This document shows positions 40,267-50,032 of a stretch of 64,000 nt of DNA, in pieces; position 1 is the stretch's first letter; each line of letters starts with the position of its first letter. The notes under the pieces are model-generated. The model searched no databases. It saw only the letters and a list, made by a program, of their open reading frames with translations, and was not told the DNA's origin. Origin of the DNA: Planctomycetota bacterium. Lineage in GTDB: Bacteria > Planctomycetota > UBA1135 > UBA2386. A program made the position numbers and the translations under genes. The stretch is from positions 7,872,001 through 7,936,000 of the forward strand of contig OZ245006.1 of NCBI GenBank assembly GCA_965223545.1, in the 5' to 3' direction.

Positions 40267-42144
40267 ATGACCACCCAACCGACCAGTACCGACCCCAGCG
40301 CCGCTCATCGCGCGCTGGTCGACACCTGGGTGGTGTTCACCAAGGCGCTGGCGATCTACCCGGACACCAACCAGCGGGTGCAGGCCACCCTGGCCGATTG
40401 GAGCGCCGCGATCGGCGCCGCGGCCCGCGGTTCGTCGGTGGAAGTGCTGTTCTTCCAGGACCACATTCTCGTCGACGAGCTGGAGCAGCCGCTCGATGAC
40501 AGCAGCAACAGCGCCTGGCTCAAGGAGAGGCTGGACCGAGTCGGGCTGGCGGGCGCGCGCTTCACCGCGCCGGCGGACGCCGCGGGTCTGTTGAGCTTCA
40601 GTCGGACTCTGCTCGATGCCAGCGCGCGCGGAGGGGCAGCGGCGGCCGCCGCCGCCGATCCGGCCTTGTTCGCTGTGCACCCCGGGTTGGAGCCGATCGA
40701 GCGGCGCTACGTCGCCAATCTGTTGGCCGAGCGCGGCTCCGGCGGTGAGAGCGACGGCGGCACCAGGCGCAACGCACGGATGCGTGCTGATGCCGTGACC
40801 CGGCGCCTCGAGGAGTCGGACGAGATCCGTGCCAGGCTGGAACGGCTACAGCAAGCCCTGCTCGGCGCGCAGGACCAACCGCAGCCGAGCGCGGCGGTCG
40901 AGCTTCTGGCCCGGCTGGTGCGCTTGATGCCGGCTGAAGTTCTCGCCGACCCCGGAGCCCTCGGCGCGCGCGTAGAGCAGATTCTGGACGGCATGATCGC
41001 CTCGGTCGAGAGCTGCGACGACGTGCAACGGTTGCCGGATGCGGCGCTGAGCCAGCTGATGTTCAGCGTCGGGCGCAAGCTCTTCTACCGCGATGCCGAC
41101 CCGGCGACGCCGGCGGCCGAGATGGTCGCGCCGAGCGGGCCGAGGGGACATGCCGGCGACGATCTCATCGAGGAAGATCTCGACACTCTGATCTGGGAGA
41201 TGGCCGCGCTGCCGGTGGTCACCGATCCCAGTGGCCTGCTGGACGAGCTCGAGTTCGACGACGAGCAGCTGCTCGTCTACCTCTACTTCCTGGTGCAGAG
41301 CAACGACATCGGCCAGCAGCGCAAGCTCTACGGCCAGCTGCACAACCTGCTCGCCGAGCCGACGCCCCGCGCCCTCGAAGTGCTGCGCGCGTTCTTCACC
41401 GGCCAGCTCGACTTCGTCGTCGACGACGGCATGACGCGGCTTTTGGTGTTCTTGCGCGAGGTCGGCTTGATGCCGTTGCTGCGCCGCATCGGCGTCATCA
41501 CCGAAGACCGCGTGATCGACTCGTTTCCCACGGGCTTCACCCTGTTCTTGGATTCTCTCGACGCCGAGGACGGCGGCGACCACGCCCTGCTGGCGCGGGT
41601 CGTCGGCGAGATCGGGGCCGTGCGGATCGAGGCCGCTGCCGAGGCGATCGCCGCCGACGGTGGGCTCGGCATCCACAACCGGGACTCCAAGGTCCTGGCC
41701 GCGGCGCAGCCGGCGACGATGCCGTTGGTCGGCATGCTGCTCGAGCAGGTGCCGCGGCGGGCCGCCGACGTCGCCGTGCTGCTGCGCGCCATGCAGCTGA
41801 GCGAGCGCGAGGCGACGCCGCTGCGGCTGCTTCCGGCCGACCAGCTGCCCGCCGAGTACGTCGCTTGCCTGGCGGCCAAGGTCGGCGGTGCGCCGTTTCC
41901 GGCGCGGATCAAGCGCATGGTGTCGCTGCTGCTGGTGCGATTCCTGCAGTCGACCATGGGGCAACCGGAGGAGGCGGAGCGTCGCTTGGTGGCGATCCAG
42001 CACCTGCGCCAGTTTCCCAGCCGCGAAAGTGCCGAGCTGCTCGAGGAGATCGTGCGGGGCAAGAAGCTGCTGACCTTCAAGCGGGAGCCGCTAGCGCTGC
42101 GCCAAGCGGCCGCCGCGGTGCTGGAGGCGCAGCCGAGGAGCTGA
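40267..42144 (+). CDS. helical (HEAT-like) hypothetical protein, partner of the HD-GYP gene
   Basis: 625 aa, GGAGA RBS; N-terminus ALAIYPDTNQRV parallels NSRIYSQGHPRL of the next gene; C-terminal helical repeats. Confidence 0.7.
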   Translation: MTTQPTSTDPSAAHRALVDTWVVFTKALAIYPDTNQRVQATLADWSAAIGAAARGSSVEVLFFQDHILVDELEQPLDDSSNSAWLKERLDRVGLAGARFTAPADAAGLLSFSRTLLDASARGGAAAAAAADPALFAVHPGLEPIERRYVANLLAERGSGGESDGGTRRNARMRADAVTRRLEESDEIRARLERLQQALLGAQDQPQPSAAVELLARLVRLMPAEVLADPGALGARVEQILDGMIASVESCDDVQRLPDAALSQLMFSVGRKLFYRDADPATPAAEMVAPSGPRGHAGDDLIEEDLDTLIWEMAALPVVTDPSGLLDELEFDDEQLLVYLYFLVQSNDIGQQRKLYGQLHNLLAEPTPRALEVLRAFFTGQLDFVVDDGMTRLLVFLREVGLMPLLRRIGVITEDRVIDSFPTGFTLFLDSLDAEDGGDHALLARVVGEIGAVRIEAAAEAIAADGGLGIHNRDSKVLAAAQPATMPLVGMLLEQVPRRAADVAVLLRAMQLSEREATPLRLLPADQLPAEYVACLAAKVGGAPFPARIKRMVSLLLVRFLQSTMGQPEEAERRLVAIQHLRQFPSRESAELLEEIVRGKKLLTFKREPLALRQAAAAVLEAQPRS

Positions 42145-42171
42145 CCGCGATGGCGTCGAGGGAGGGGATCG

Positions 42172-43608
42172 ATGTGTGAGTTCGACCAGCACGGCCGCGT
42201 GCAGGAGGGCGCTGCCGGCTTCGTCGACGATCTGGTGACCGCCATGGTCAACAGCCGGATCTACTCGCAAGGGCATCCTCGGCTGCGAGACAGCGTCGAA
42301 GGCCTGGAGCAGCGGTTGGCCACGCATTTCGCCGGCGGCGGTGAGGACTACACGCTGCGGATCGCCGACGGCTACGTCATCTATGAAGAGCGGCCGCTGC
42401 TCGGGGCCACCATGTCGGCGCAGCGGTTGATCGCCGCGTTGGAGCAATTCCACGGCGGTGGCGTGCAGTTCCGCCGCGGTGCGACCCGGGCCGACGTCGA
42501 CGCGTTGATCTACCTACTCGGACAAAACGCGGGCGGACTCGGCGACCTCGCCGAGGTCAACCGCGCGCTCACGAGCTACGGCGGGTTGGCGGTGGGGATT
42601 CTGCCGCCGTACGACCCCGACGCCGAGCTGTGCCTCGGCGCGGGCACCGGCACCGGCGACGGCACTCCCGGTGAGGTGGCCGGTGCCCGCGAGGCCGAGC
42701 AGTTGACCCTGCCGCTGCAGCTGTACCAGGGCGTCGTCGACACGCTGCAAGCGATCACCATCGACGTCTGCCGGGGGGACCAGTTCAGCCTGGATACTGC
42801 CAAGGGGCAGCTCGAGCAGGTCTTGCGCCGGCTGGACCGGGACCCCAAGGCGGTGATGAACCTGGCGCGTTACGAGCACTACGACGCCTTCACCTTCGGC
42901 CACTCGATCCGGGTGGCGTTCTTGGCAATGACGTTCGCCCGCTCGCTCAGCTCGGACTCGCTGCTGATCCAGCGGATCGGGTTGGCGGGGCTGATGCACG
43001 ACGTCGGCAAGGCGCGGGTGCCGTTCGAGATCCTGCAATCGCGCACGCGCTTGACCGACGCCGAGCGGGCCGAGATGGAGCGGCACACGGTGCACGGCGG
43101 TGAGATCCTGCTCGAGCTTGCCGACACCGATCCATGGGCGGTGACGACGGCGTTCGGTCACCACCGCGGCCCGGACGGCACCGGCTACCCGCCGACGCCG
43201 CGGGGCTCGCGGCTGTCGACGGTCACCAAGCTGATCAAGATTTGCGATGTCTACGAGGCGTTGACCGCCGAGCGCCCCTACAAGGCCGGCATGTCTCCGG
43301 TGCGCGCCTACCGCATCATGATGTCGATGAAGCACTTCGACACCTCGATGCTGCGCCTCTTCATGCAGACCATCGGGCTGTTTCCGATCGGCACGCGGGT
43401 GCAGCTCAGCGACGGGCGCGGCGGGGTGGTCGAGGCGCAGACCGAGCACTTGCAGCGGCCGGTGCTGACGGTGGACACCACCCCGGACGGCGATCTCGTC
43501 GACGCCGAGCACCGCGAGCGGCTCGACCTCAGCGCGGTCGACGAGTCGCTGTTCGTCTTGCGAGGGATCGCGCTCAGCGACCGCGAGCGGGCACTGACGA
43601 GCGGCTGA
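42172..43608 (+). CDS. HD-GYP domain phosphodiesterase
   Basis: TFGHSIRVA, LMHDVGK, HTVHG, HHRGPDGTGYP, ICDVYEALTAERPYK. Confidence 0.9.
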   Translation: MCEFDQHGRVQEGAAGFVDDLVTAMVNSRIYSQGHPRLRDSVEGLEQRLATHFAGGGEDYTLRIADGYVIYEERPLLGATMSAQRLIAALEQFHGGGVQFRRGATRADVDALIYLLGQNAGGLGDLAEVNRALTSYGGLAVGILPPYDPDAELCLGAGTGTGDGTPGEVAGAREAEQLTLPLQLYQGVVDTLQAITIDVCRGDQFSLDTAKGQLEQVLRRLDRDPKAVMNLARYEHYDAFTFGHSIRVAFLAMTFARSLSSDSLLIQRIGLAGLMHDVGKARVPFEILQSRTRLTDAERAEMERHTVHGGEILLELADTDPWAVTTAFGHHRGPDGTGYPPTPRGSRLSTVTKLIKICDVYEALTAERPYKAGMSPVRAYRIMMSMKHFDTSMLRLFMQTIGLFPIGTRVQLSDGRGGVVEAQTEHLQRPVLTVDTTPDGDLVDAEHRERLDLSAVDESLFVLRGIALSDRERALTSG

Positions 43609-43627
43609 GGGTCGCGGCCCTTCTCGG

Positions 43628-44980
43628 TCAGAGCTGGTCGAGATAGGTGTCGTTGTCGGGCGTGGCGGCGAGCTCTCGGAGCAGGGTCTCGAGTGCGTCC
43701 TGTCGGCTGACGGTGCTGAGTCGCTTGCGCAGCGCGCGCAGCTTGGCGGTCGTGGCATCGCCCAGCAGGTCGGTCTCGCGCCGCGTGCCGGTGTGGCCGA
43801 TGTCGATGGGCGGGTAGATGTGCAGCTCGGCCAGCGCCTCGTGCAAGACGATCTCGCTGTTGGCCTTGCCCTTGAACTCCTCGCCGATGACGTCGTTCAT
43901 GTGCGAGTCGGTGTCGGTGAGCACGGTGGCGATGACGGTCAGCGAGCCGCTGTCCTCGAGGTTGCGCGCCGAGCCGAACAATCGCTTCGGCTTCTGTACC
44001 GCGACCGCGTCGAGACCCGCACTGAGGATCTTGCCCGTATGCGGCGCCTCGGTGTTGAAGGCACGGGTCAGCTGCGTGAGCGAGTCGAGCAGGACGACCA
44101 CCTCGGCGCCGGATTCCGCCATGCGTCGCGCCTTCTCGGTGACGATCTCGGCGAGCGCGACGTGGCGGCTCGGCGGCTCGTCGAACGACGAGGCGATCAC
44201 CTCTCGTCGACTCTCCGGTCCGGTCTGCCGCTGCACCAGGGTGATGTCCTCGGGGCGTTCGTCGACCATCAAGATGATGACGTAGACCTCCGGGTGGTTG
44301 TGCAGCAGGGCCTGCGCCAACGAGATCAGCAGCTGGCTGCGGCCGGCGAGAGGGGGGGTGCGGATCAGCGTCCGCTGTCCCTTGCCGAGTGGCGCCAGCA
44401 GATCGAGCGCGCGCACGTCCAGCCCGCAGCCTCGGTACTCGAGCCGCAGGCGCTCGGCGGGGGGCAGCGCGGCGCGCTCCTCGAAGGGGATGCGGTCCCG
44501 CAGCTCACCGACCGTGCCCCCGTTGACCGCTTCGACCCGCAGCAGGGCGAAGTACTTCTCGCCGTCCTTCGGCGGGCGGACCGGTCCGGCGAGGACGTGG
44601 CCGGGCTTGAGGTTGAGCCGGCGGATCTGGCTCGGGCTGACGTAGATGTCGTCGGGGCCCGCGGCGTAGCTGTAGCGCGGCGAGCGCAGGAAGCCGAAGC
44701 CGTCGGGCAAGACGTCGAGCACGCCTTCGCCCCAGCCGAGGCCGGTGCTGGTCACGCGCCGGCGCAAGAGGAGGAAGATCAGCTCCTGCTTGCCGAGGCC
44801 CGAGTAGCCCTCGACCCCCTCGCGCTTGACCAGCTCGAGCAGCCGGGCCATCGGCAGCGCCTGCAGCTTGGGAATCTCGTAGTCGGCCTTCTTGGCCGCC
44901 TCGTAGATCTCGTTGCGGTCGCCGGCGTCGAGCTTGCCGACGTCGGGCGCGACGCGTTCGCGTTGCGATTCGGATGACAA
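43628..44980 (-). CDS. rho: transcription termination factor Rho (divergent P-loop)
   Basis: EGVLDVLPDGFGFLRSP, DDIYVSPSQIRR, DERPE, LLDSLT, PKRLFGSARN, EEFKG, GTRRE; TTG start after GGAG. Confidence 0.92.
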   Translation of the reverse strand: MSSESQRERVAPDVGKLDAGDRNEIYEAAKKADYEIPKLQALPMARLLELVKREGVEGYSGLGKQELIFLLLRRRVTSTGLGWGEGVLDVLPDGFGFLRSPRYSYAAGPDDIYVSPSQIRRLNLKPGHVLAGPVRPPKDGEKYFALLRVEAVNGGTVGELRDRIPFEERAALPPAERLRLEYRGCGLDVRALDLLAPLGKGQRTLIRTPPLAGRSQLLISLAQALLHNHPEVYVIILMVDERPEDITLVQRQTGPESRREVIASSFDEPPSRHVALAEIVTEKARRMAESGAEVVVLLDSLTQLTRAFNTEAPHTGKILSAGLDAVAVQKPKRLFGSARNLEDSGSLTVIATVLTDTDSHMNDVIGEEFKGKANSEIVLHEALAELHIYPPIDIGHTGTRRETDLLGDATTAKLRALRKRLSTVSRQDALETLLRELAATPDNDTYLDQL

Positions 44981-45150
44981 AAGAGGACTCCGGTGGGTGC
45001 GAGTGCCGCCGGGGGTCGAGGTGGGGGCCGCGACGTGTGCCGCGGAGGTGGAAGGCCCGGAACGAGGTGGTGGGTCCTGAGGTGGGGCGCGAACAGGCTA
45101 CCGGGCCGATGGGTCAGCCAAGGGTCTTAGGGCAGGGGGGTAGGGCTTTG
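44981..45150 (-). promoter_or_regulatory. C-rich rho leader (possible rut / auto-attenuation region)
   Basis: Hand count on the mRNA strand: about 85 C vs 36 G in 170 nt; four CCACCTC copies. Confidence 0.45.
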
Positions 45151-45154
45151 CAAG

Positions 45155-45787
45155 TCAGGAGCCGGGCCTTCGCCGGCGCGGGGCGGTGCAGGCGAGCAGC
45201 GCGGCGTCGAGCCGGCGGCCCAGCTGGGCGAGATCGCCATCGTTGGCGACGACCGCCGTGGCGCGCCGTCGCTTCTCTTCGATCGGTGTCTGGTGGGCCT
45301 CTCGGCGGGCGAGCTCGCCGTCGTCCCAACCGCGCGCGCGCGCGTGGGACTGCCGCATCCCGAGCGGCGTGTCCAGGAACAGGATGCAGTCACAGCGGTC
45401 GTGCCAGCCGTTCTCCAGCAGCAGCGGGATGTCGAGCACGACGGAATCGCCGCGTGCCAGCGCGTCGCCGAGCGCCTGCTCGAGCGCGGCGCGCACCGGC
45501 GGATGCACGATCGCCTCCAGGTCGCGGCGGGCGGCGGCATCGGCGAACACCGTGCGCGCGAGCGCGGGGCGGTCGACGGCCCCGGCGGCGTCCAGCGCCG
45601 CGTCGCCGAAGCGCTGGGCGATGGCGGCGCGCACGCCGGCGTCGTCGAGGACCGCGCGGGCCTTGCGGTCCGCGTCCACGACGACCAGGCCGCGGCGTGC
45701 CAGGTGGGCGGCCGCGGCCGACTTGCCGGCGGCGACGCCGCCCAGCAGGCCGATGACCAGGGGGGGATCGGGGCGAAATGGCGGCAC
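45155..45787 (-). CDS. coaE: dephospho-CoA kinase; start approximate
   Basis: VIGLLGGVAAGKS, VVDAD, DRPALARTVF, LEAIVHP, LDIPLLLE. Confidence 0.92.
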   Translation of the reverse strand: MPPFRPDPPLVIGLLGGVAAGKSAAAAHLARRGLVVVDADRKARAVLDDAGVRAAIAQRFGDAALDAAGAVDRPALARTVFADAAARRDLEAIVHPPVRAALEQALGDALARGDSVVLDIPLLLENGWHDRCDCILFLDTPLGMRQSHARARGWDDGELARREAHQTPIEEKRRRATAVVANDGDLAQLGRRLDAALLACTAPRRRRPGS

Positions 45788-46062
45788 AGTGGGCGGAATG
45801 GGGGACGAAGGGCGGCGAACCGGGCCGCGGCACGCTGCATCGTGGGGTAAGCTGGGTTGGCTCCGCAAGCCGTTGGTCCAGTGGTTCCCGCCTTGACCGA
45901 AGCCCGCGGACCCACCTAGAATCCCCGCCGCTTGCTTCGTCCCAACCCCGTGTCAAAGCTCCTACTTGGAGTCGCGGGGCGTCGGCGGGCACGGGTTCTG
46001 GCTCACCCCTCGGCCAGGACGCGAACCAACGCCCATCCCCACGGAAAACGAGAAACGGTCTG

Positions 46063-47355
46063 ATGCACACCCGCGAGCGCGGCGCAGCGCATATCAACAT
46101 CTTCTACTTCTTGATCATGCTCGTCTTGTTCTTGGGCGCGCTGGGCTTCGCCAGCGTGCAGATGACCGAGAACACGACGCTCCGCGAGGAGATCAAGAAC
46201 GTCCGGGCCGAGAGTGAGCAGGTCACCCACGACCTGGAGGTGCTGACGCACTACACCGAGGACATGGCCGAGGTGGTCGGCGAAACCGGTTCCTACGCCG
46301 GGCGCGACGGCTTCGTCTACGACCTGAAGGAAGGCGCCCTGACGCAGAAGTCGCTGGAGGGCGTCGCCCTGCCCAACCGGCTGAAGTCGCTGCTGCAGGA
46401 GTTCGCCCGCGACGCGTCGATCCCCGAGTCGACCGCGACGCCGGTGCAGAGCCTGCTGAGCCAGACCAAGCAGGTGCTCGCCTCCAAGGAGAAGCGGATC
46501 AGCGACGTGGTCGCCGAGAACGCCTCCTTGACCAACATGCGCGGCACGCTCGAGGCCAACGTCAGCACTGCCAACCAGCAGAAGACCGACGAGGTCAGCA
46601 AGCTCAACGACGCGCTCGCCGAGCTGCAGCAGGGCTTCGAGTCGGCGCAGACGGCGCTGCAGGAGACGATCACCGGCCTGCGTGACCAGGTGCGCAACAA
46701 GACCGAGGAGCTCGACCAGCTGCGCGAGCAGCACGTCGCCGACCAGCGGGCGTGGCGCAACATGGAGAACCAGCTGCGCGGCCGCAACAACGTGATGGCG
46801 GCGAAGATCGCTCTGGTCAACCCGCCGCAGGAGCCGGACGGCACCGTGATGAGCTCGTCCGAGGCGGCCGAGGTGGCGTGGATCGACCTGGGCCGGCGCG
46901 ACATGCTGCCGCGCGGCACCGTGTTCGAGATCATCTCGCCGGACACCGGGGCGACCAAGGGCTACGGCCGCGTCAACCGGGTCGAGTTCGACCGCTCCGA
47001 GCTCGCGCTCTACGGCGTCGTCGATCGCTACGACCCGATCACCAAGGGTGACCTGGTGCGCAACGACGTCTACTCCGCCGGCGTGCGTCGCAACGTCTTC
47101 CTGATGGGGCGCTTCGGCTACCCGATGGACAAGCCGAGCGTCAAGCTGGCGCTCGAGCAGCTCGGCAACACGGTGCACGACTCGATCGGTCCGGCCGTCG
47201 ATCTGGTGATCGTCGGTGGTGACACGATCAGCGAGGAGGGTGGCTTCACCGCGATCACCGAGTCGGACGAGTACAAGCAAGCGCTGCAGCTCGGCATCGA
47301 GATCGCGCCCTTCAACAAGGTGCGCGAGTTCGTCAAGCTGAGCACCGAGGAGTGA
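46063..47355 (+). CDS. membrane-anchored coiled-coil protein with C-terminal BRCT-like domain
   Basis: TM IFYFLIMLVLFLGALGF, long heptad region, WIDLGRRD beta domain, GNTVHDSIGPAVDLVIVG. Confidence 0.7.
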   Translation: MHTRERGAAHINIFYFLIMLVLFLGALGFASVQMTENTTLREEIKNVRAESEQVTHDLEVLTHYTEDMAEVVGETGSYAGRDGFVYDLKEGALTQKSLEGVALPNRLKSLLQEFARDASIPESTATPVQSLLSQTKQVLASKEKRISDVVAENASLTNMRGTLEANVSTANQQKTDEVSKLNDALAELQQGFESAQTALQETITGLRDQVRNKTEELDQLREQHVADQRAWRNMENQLRGRNNVMAAKIALVNPPQEPDGTVMSSSEAAEVAWIDLGRRDMLPRGTVFEIISPDTGATKGYGRVNRVEFDRSELALYGVVDRYDPITKGDLVRNDVYSAGVRRNVFLMGRFGYPMDKPSVKLALEQLGNTVHDSIGPAVDLVIVGGDTISEEGGFTAITESDEYKQALQLGIEIAPFNKVREFVKLSTEE

Positions 47356-47400
47356 CGCGCGGCTGAGTGAGTGCGGCGGCGCCTGCCGCTGCGCTCCGCG

Positions 47401-47445
47401 ACAGCCCCGGTGGCCCGCCCGAACGGTGCCGCCGGGGCTGTTTTG
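47401..47445 (+). terminator. putative intrinsic terminator
   Basis: ACAGCCCCGGTGGC (47401-47414) pairs with GCCGCCGGGGCTGT (47428-47441), then a short T run, 45 nt after the stop. Confidence 0.55.
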
Positions 47446-47525
47446 CTTGGACCCAAAGGCGGCCGCGCTGGTCCGCGCCAGCTTGGAGCGTATCGTCTGG
47501 GCTGCGCCGTTCTTGAACGACGACG

Positions 47526-48545
47526 ATGGCCTCCGCACCAGCCAGCCCCGGACCCGAGCCGAACGACGAATCGCTCGCCAAGATGTCGTTCGGCGATCAC
47601 CTGGACGAGCTGCGCCGGCGGCTCATGCTGTCGGTGATCGCGGTCGCGGTGTGTGTCGTCGGCATGTTGCCGTTCAAGGACGCCGTGTCGGCGGTCTACA
47701 TGCAGCCGTACCGCGAGATGTGGCAGACCGGCTTTGCTGCCTATCTCGAGCTCAAGGATGCCGAGCTGGCCGAGCGCGGCGGGCTGCAAGCGCTGCGCGC
47801 GCGGGCAGCAGGGGACGCGGGCGCGCCGGCGGATCCGACGGCGGCGTTGCACGTGCAGCGGCACGAGTTCTTGGAAACACACCGCGAGGCGATCGTCGCG
47901 GGGGAGTTCGATTTCGAGGAGTTCGGCGAGTCCATCCAGAGCATCGGTGGCTTCAAGGTGCCGTACAACCTGGTGGCGATCGGCGGCATCGAGGAGTTCT
48001 GGACGTTCATGGCCGCCAGCGTGCTGTTCTCGCTGATCCTCGCGGCGCCGTTCGTGCTCTACCAGGTGTGGGCGTTCGTCGCCGCTGGTCTGTACAAACA
48101 CGAGCGCAGGGTCGTGCTGCGCTACTTGCCGGGCGCCGTGCTGTTGCTCATCGCCGGCGTCGCGTTTGGCTACTGGATCGTCGTGCCGACCGGGCTCTAC
48201 TACCTGGTCGAGCTGATGAACTTCGGCATGGTGCAGCCGATGTTCTCGGTCTCCAACTACTTCCGCCTCCTGTTCACGCTGACCGCGGCGCTGGGGGTCG
48301 TGTTCCAGCTGCCGTTGTTGATGCTGGCGCTCAACCGCGCGCACGTCGTCTCGCACGCGGCGTTCCGCAAGCACTGGCGAGTGATCGTGCTCTGCATGTT
48401 CGTCACGTCGGCGATGCTGACGCCTCCCGACCCGTTCACCCAAGTGATGATGGGCGTGCCGATGGTGGGGCTCTATCTGGTCGGGCTGTGGCTGACCGGG
48501 CGGGCGGAGCGCCGCGAGGCGCGGCGCGCGGGGAGCGCGGCGTGA
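47526..48545 (+). CDS. tatC: twin-arginine translocase subunit TatC
   Basis: MSFGDHLDELRRRL, YQVWAFVAAGLYKHE, GVVFQLP, LTPPDPFTQ; long first-loop insertion. Confidence 0.93.
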   Translation: MASAPASPGPEPNDESLAKMSFGDHLDELRRRLMLSVIAVAVCVVGMLPFKDAVSAVYMQPYREMWQTGFAAYLELKDAELAERGGLQALRARAAGDAGAPADPTAALHVQRHEFLETHREAIVAGEFDFEEFGESIQSIGGFKVPYNLVAIGGIEEFWTFMAASVLFSLILAAPFVLYQVWAFVAAGLYKHERRVVLRYLPGAVLLLIAGVAFGYWIVVPTGLYYLVELMNFGMVQPMFSVSNYFRLLFTLTAALGVVFQLPLLMLALNRAHVVSHAAFRKHWRVIVLCMFVTSAMLTPPDPFTQVMMGVPMVGLYLVGLWLTGRAERREARRAGSAA

Positions 48546-49795
48546 GCTCCGGTGGGCCGCGGGCGGAGATCCTGGCGATCGGTGACGAGCTGACGCACGG
48601 CATCACGGTGGACACCAACAGCGCGCACGTCGCCCGCGCGCTCGAGGAGATCGGCTATGAGGTCGGCCGCGTGACGGTCGTCGCCGACGAGCCTCAGGGG
48701 CTGACCGCCGCCATCGCCGAGGCCTGTGCGCGGGCCGCGGTCGTGATCGGCACCGGCGGGCTCGGGCCGACCGAGGACGACCGCACCCGGGCGGCGGCGG
48801 CGGCGGCGGCCGGGGTCGCGCTGCGCTTCGACGAGGCGGTGTGGCGCGGAATCGAGGCGCGCTTTCGCGCCGTGGGTCTGACGCCCCCGGCCAGCAACCG
48901 GCTGCAGGCCGAGGTGCCGGCCGGCGCCGAGGTGTTGGCCAACGACTGGGGCACGGCGCCCGGCTTTGCACTGCGGATCGGCGAGGGTGTCTTCTACGCG
49001 CTGCCCGGAGTGCCGCGCGAGATGCGCGCGATGCTGGCGGAGCGCGTGCTGCCCGCCCTGCGCGCGGCCGGTGGCGTGGCGACGCACGCGCTGTGGGAGC
49101 TGCACCTGGTCGGTGTCCACGAGGCCGAGCTCGGCGAGCGCATCGGCGGCTGGATGGGGGCCGATGCAAACCCGCGAGTCGGCATCACCGCCAAGGACGG
49201 CGTGCTGACGGTGCGCATCGTCGCCCGCGGTGCAGATGCCGACGACGCGCGCGCCCGGTGCGCGCGCACCGCGGCGGAGCTGCGGCCGCGGTGCGCGGAG
49301 TGGCTGCTACACGAGGGCGGGATCAGCCTCGCGGCCCGCGTGGTCGCCGTGCTCGCGGCGCGCGGGGCGCGGCTGGCCCTGGCGGAGAGCTGCACCGCGG
49401 GTTTGGTCGCCGCCACCCTCGGCGCCGTGCCCGGCTGCTCGGAGGTGCTCGAAGCCGGCTGGGTGACCTACTCGAACGCCGCCAAGCACCAGCTGCTCGG
49501 CGTCGGCGAGGACCTGATCGAGCGGCACGGGGCGGTGTCGGTCGAGGTCGCGGAGGCGATGGCGCGCGGTGCCGCGGCGCGCGCCCGCAGCCGGTTCGGC
49601 CTGGCGATCACCGGCATCGCCGGGCCGGGCGGTGGCACCGCCGACAAGCCGGTGGGCACCGTCTGCTTCGCCCTCGCCGACGGCGACAGCGTCCGCGCCT
49701 GGCGCCGCCGTTTCACCGACCTGGGGCGCGATTTCGTGCGCCGGAGGGCGTCGGTCGAAGCGCTGGCGGCACTGCTGCGCGCAGGTGAGCGCTAA
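48542..49795 (+). CDS. cinA: CinA family protein (MoCF domain + NMN deamidase PncC domain)
   Basis: IGDELTHG..VDTN, GGLGPTEDD.T, GTAPG, LPGVPREM, AESCTAG, TYSN, HGAVS, ITGIAGPGGG.KPVGTV. Confidence 0.93.
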   Translation: MSSGGPRAEILAIGDELTHGITVDTNSAHVARALEEIGYEVGRVTVVADEPQGLTAAIAEACARAAVVIGTGGLGPTEDDRTRAAAAAAAGVALRFDEAVWRGIEARFRAVGLTPPASNRLQAEVPAGAEVLANDWGTAPGFALRIGEGVFYALPGVPREMRAMLAERVLPALRAAGGVATHALWELHLVGVHEAELGERIGGWMGADANPRVGITAKDGVLTVRIVARGADADDARARCARTAAELRPRCAEWLLHEGGISLAARVVAVLAARGARLALAESCTAGLVAATLGAVPGCSEVLEAGWVTYSNAAKHQLLGVGEDLIERHGAVSVEVAEAMARGAAARARSRFGLAITGIAGPGGGTADKPVGTVCFALADGDSVRAWRRRFTDLGRDFVRRRASVEALAALLRAGER

Positions 49796-49924
49796 GCGAA
49801 GCCGCGCCGATGCTCCCGCCGGAGTTCTACTCGGTCCGACAGTTTTGGTTGCGGGCGCGCAGGACGCAGCTATCCTTCGACCGCCCCGCATCCCGGGGTG
49901 GACCGGGCGCAATCCCGGTCGCGG

Positions 49925-49999
49925 TTCCGGATGGTGTAATTGGTAGCACGAGAGATTCTGGTTCTCTTAGTCAAGGTTCGAGTCCTTGTCCGGAAACCA
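49925..49999 (+). tRNA. tRNA-Gln(CTG)
   Basis: Acceptor TTCCGGA/TCCGGAA, anticodon arm AGAGA-TTCTGGT-TCTCT, T-arm CAAGG-TTCGAGT-CCTTG, encoded CCA. Confidence 0.95.
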
Positions 50000-50032
50000 C
50001 TCCTTCGCGCCGGGGCGATCGCGCCCGGGTGT

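Noticed and set aside
47700..47990. Large insertion in TatC as a possible intein
   Set aside because: No intein terminal motifs; looks like a periplasmic loop expansion
48789..48812. GCG trinucleotide run in cinA
   Set aside because: In-frame poly-Ala; no frame-switching potential
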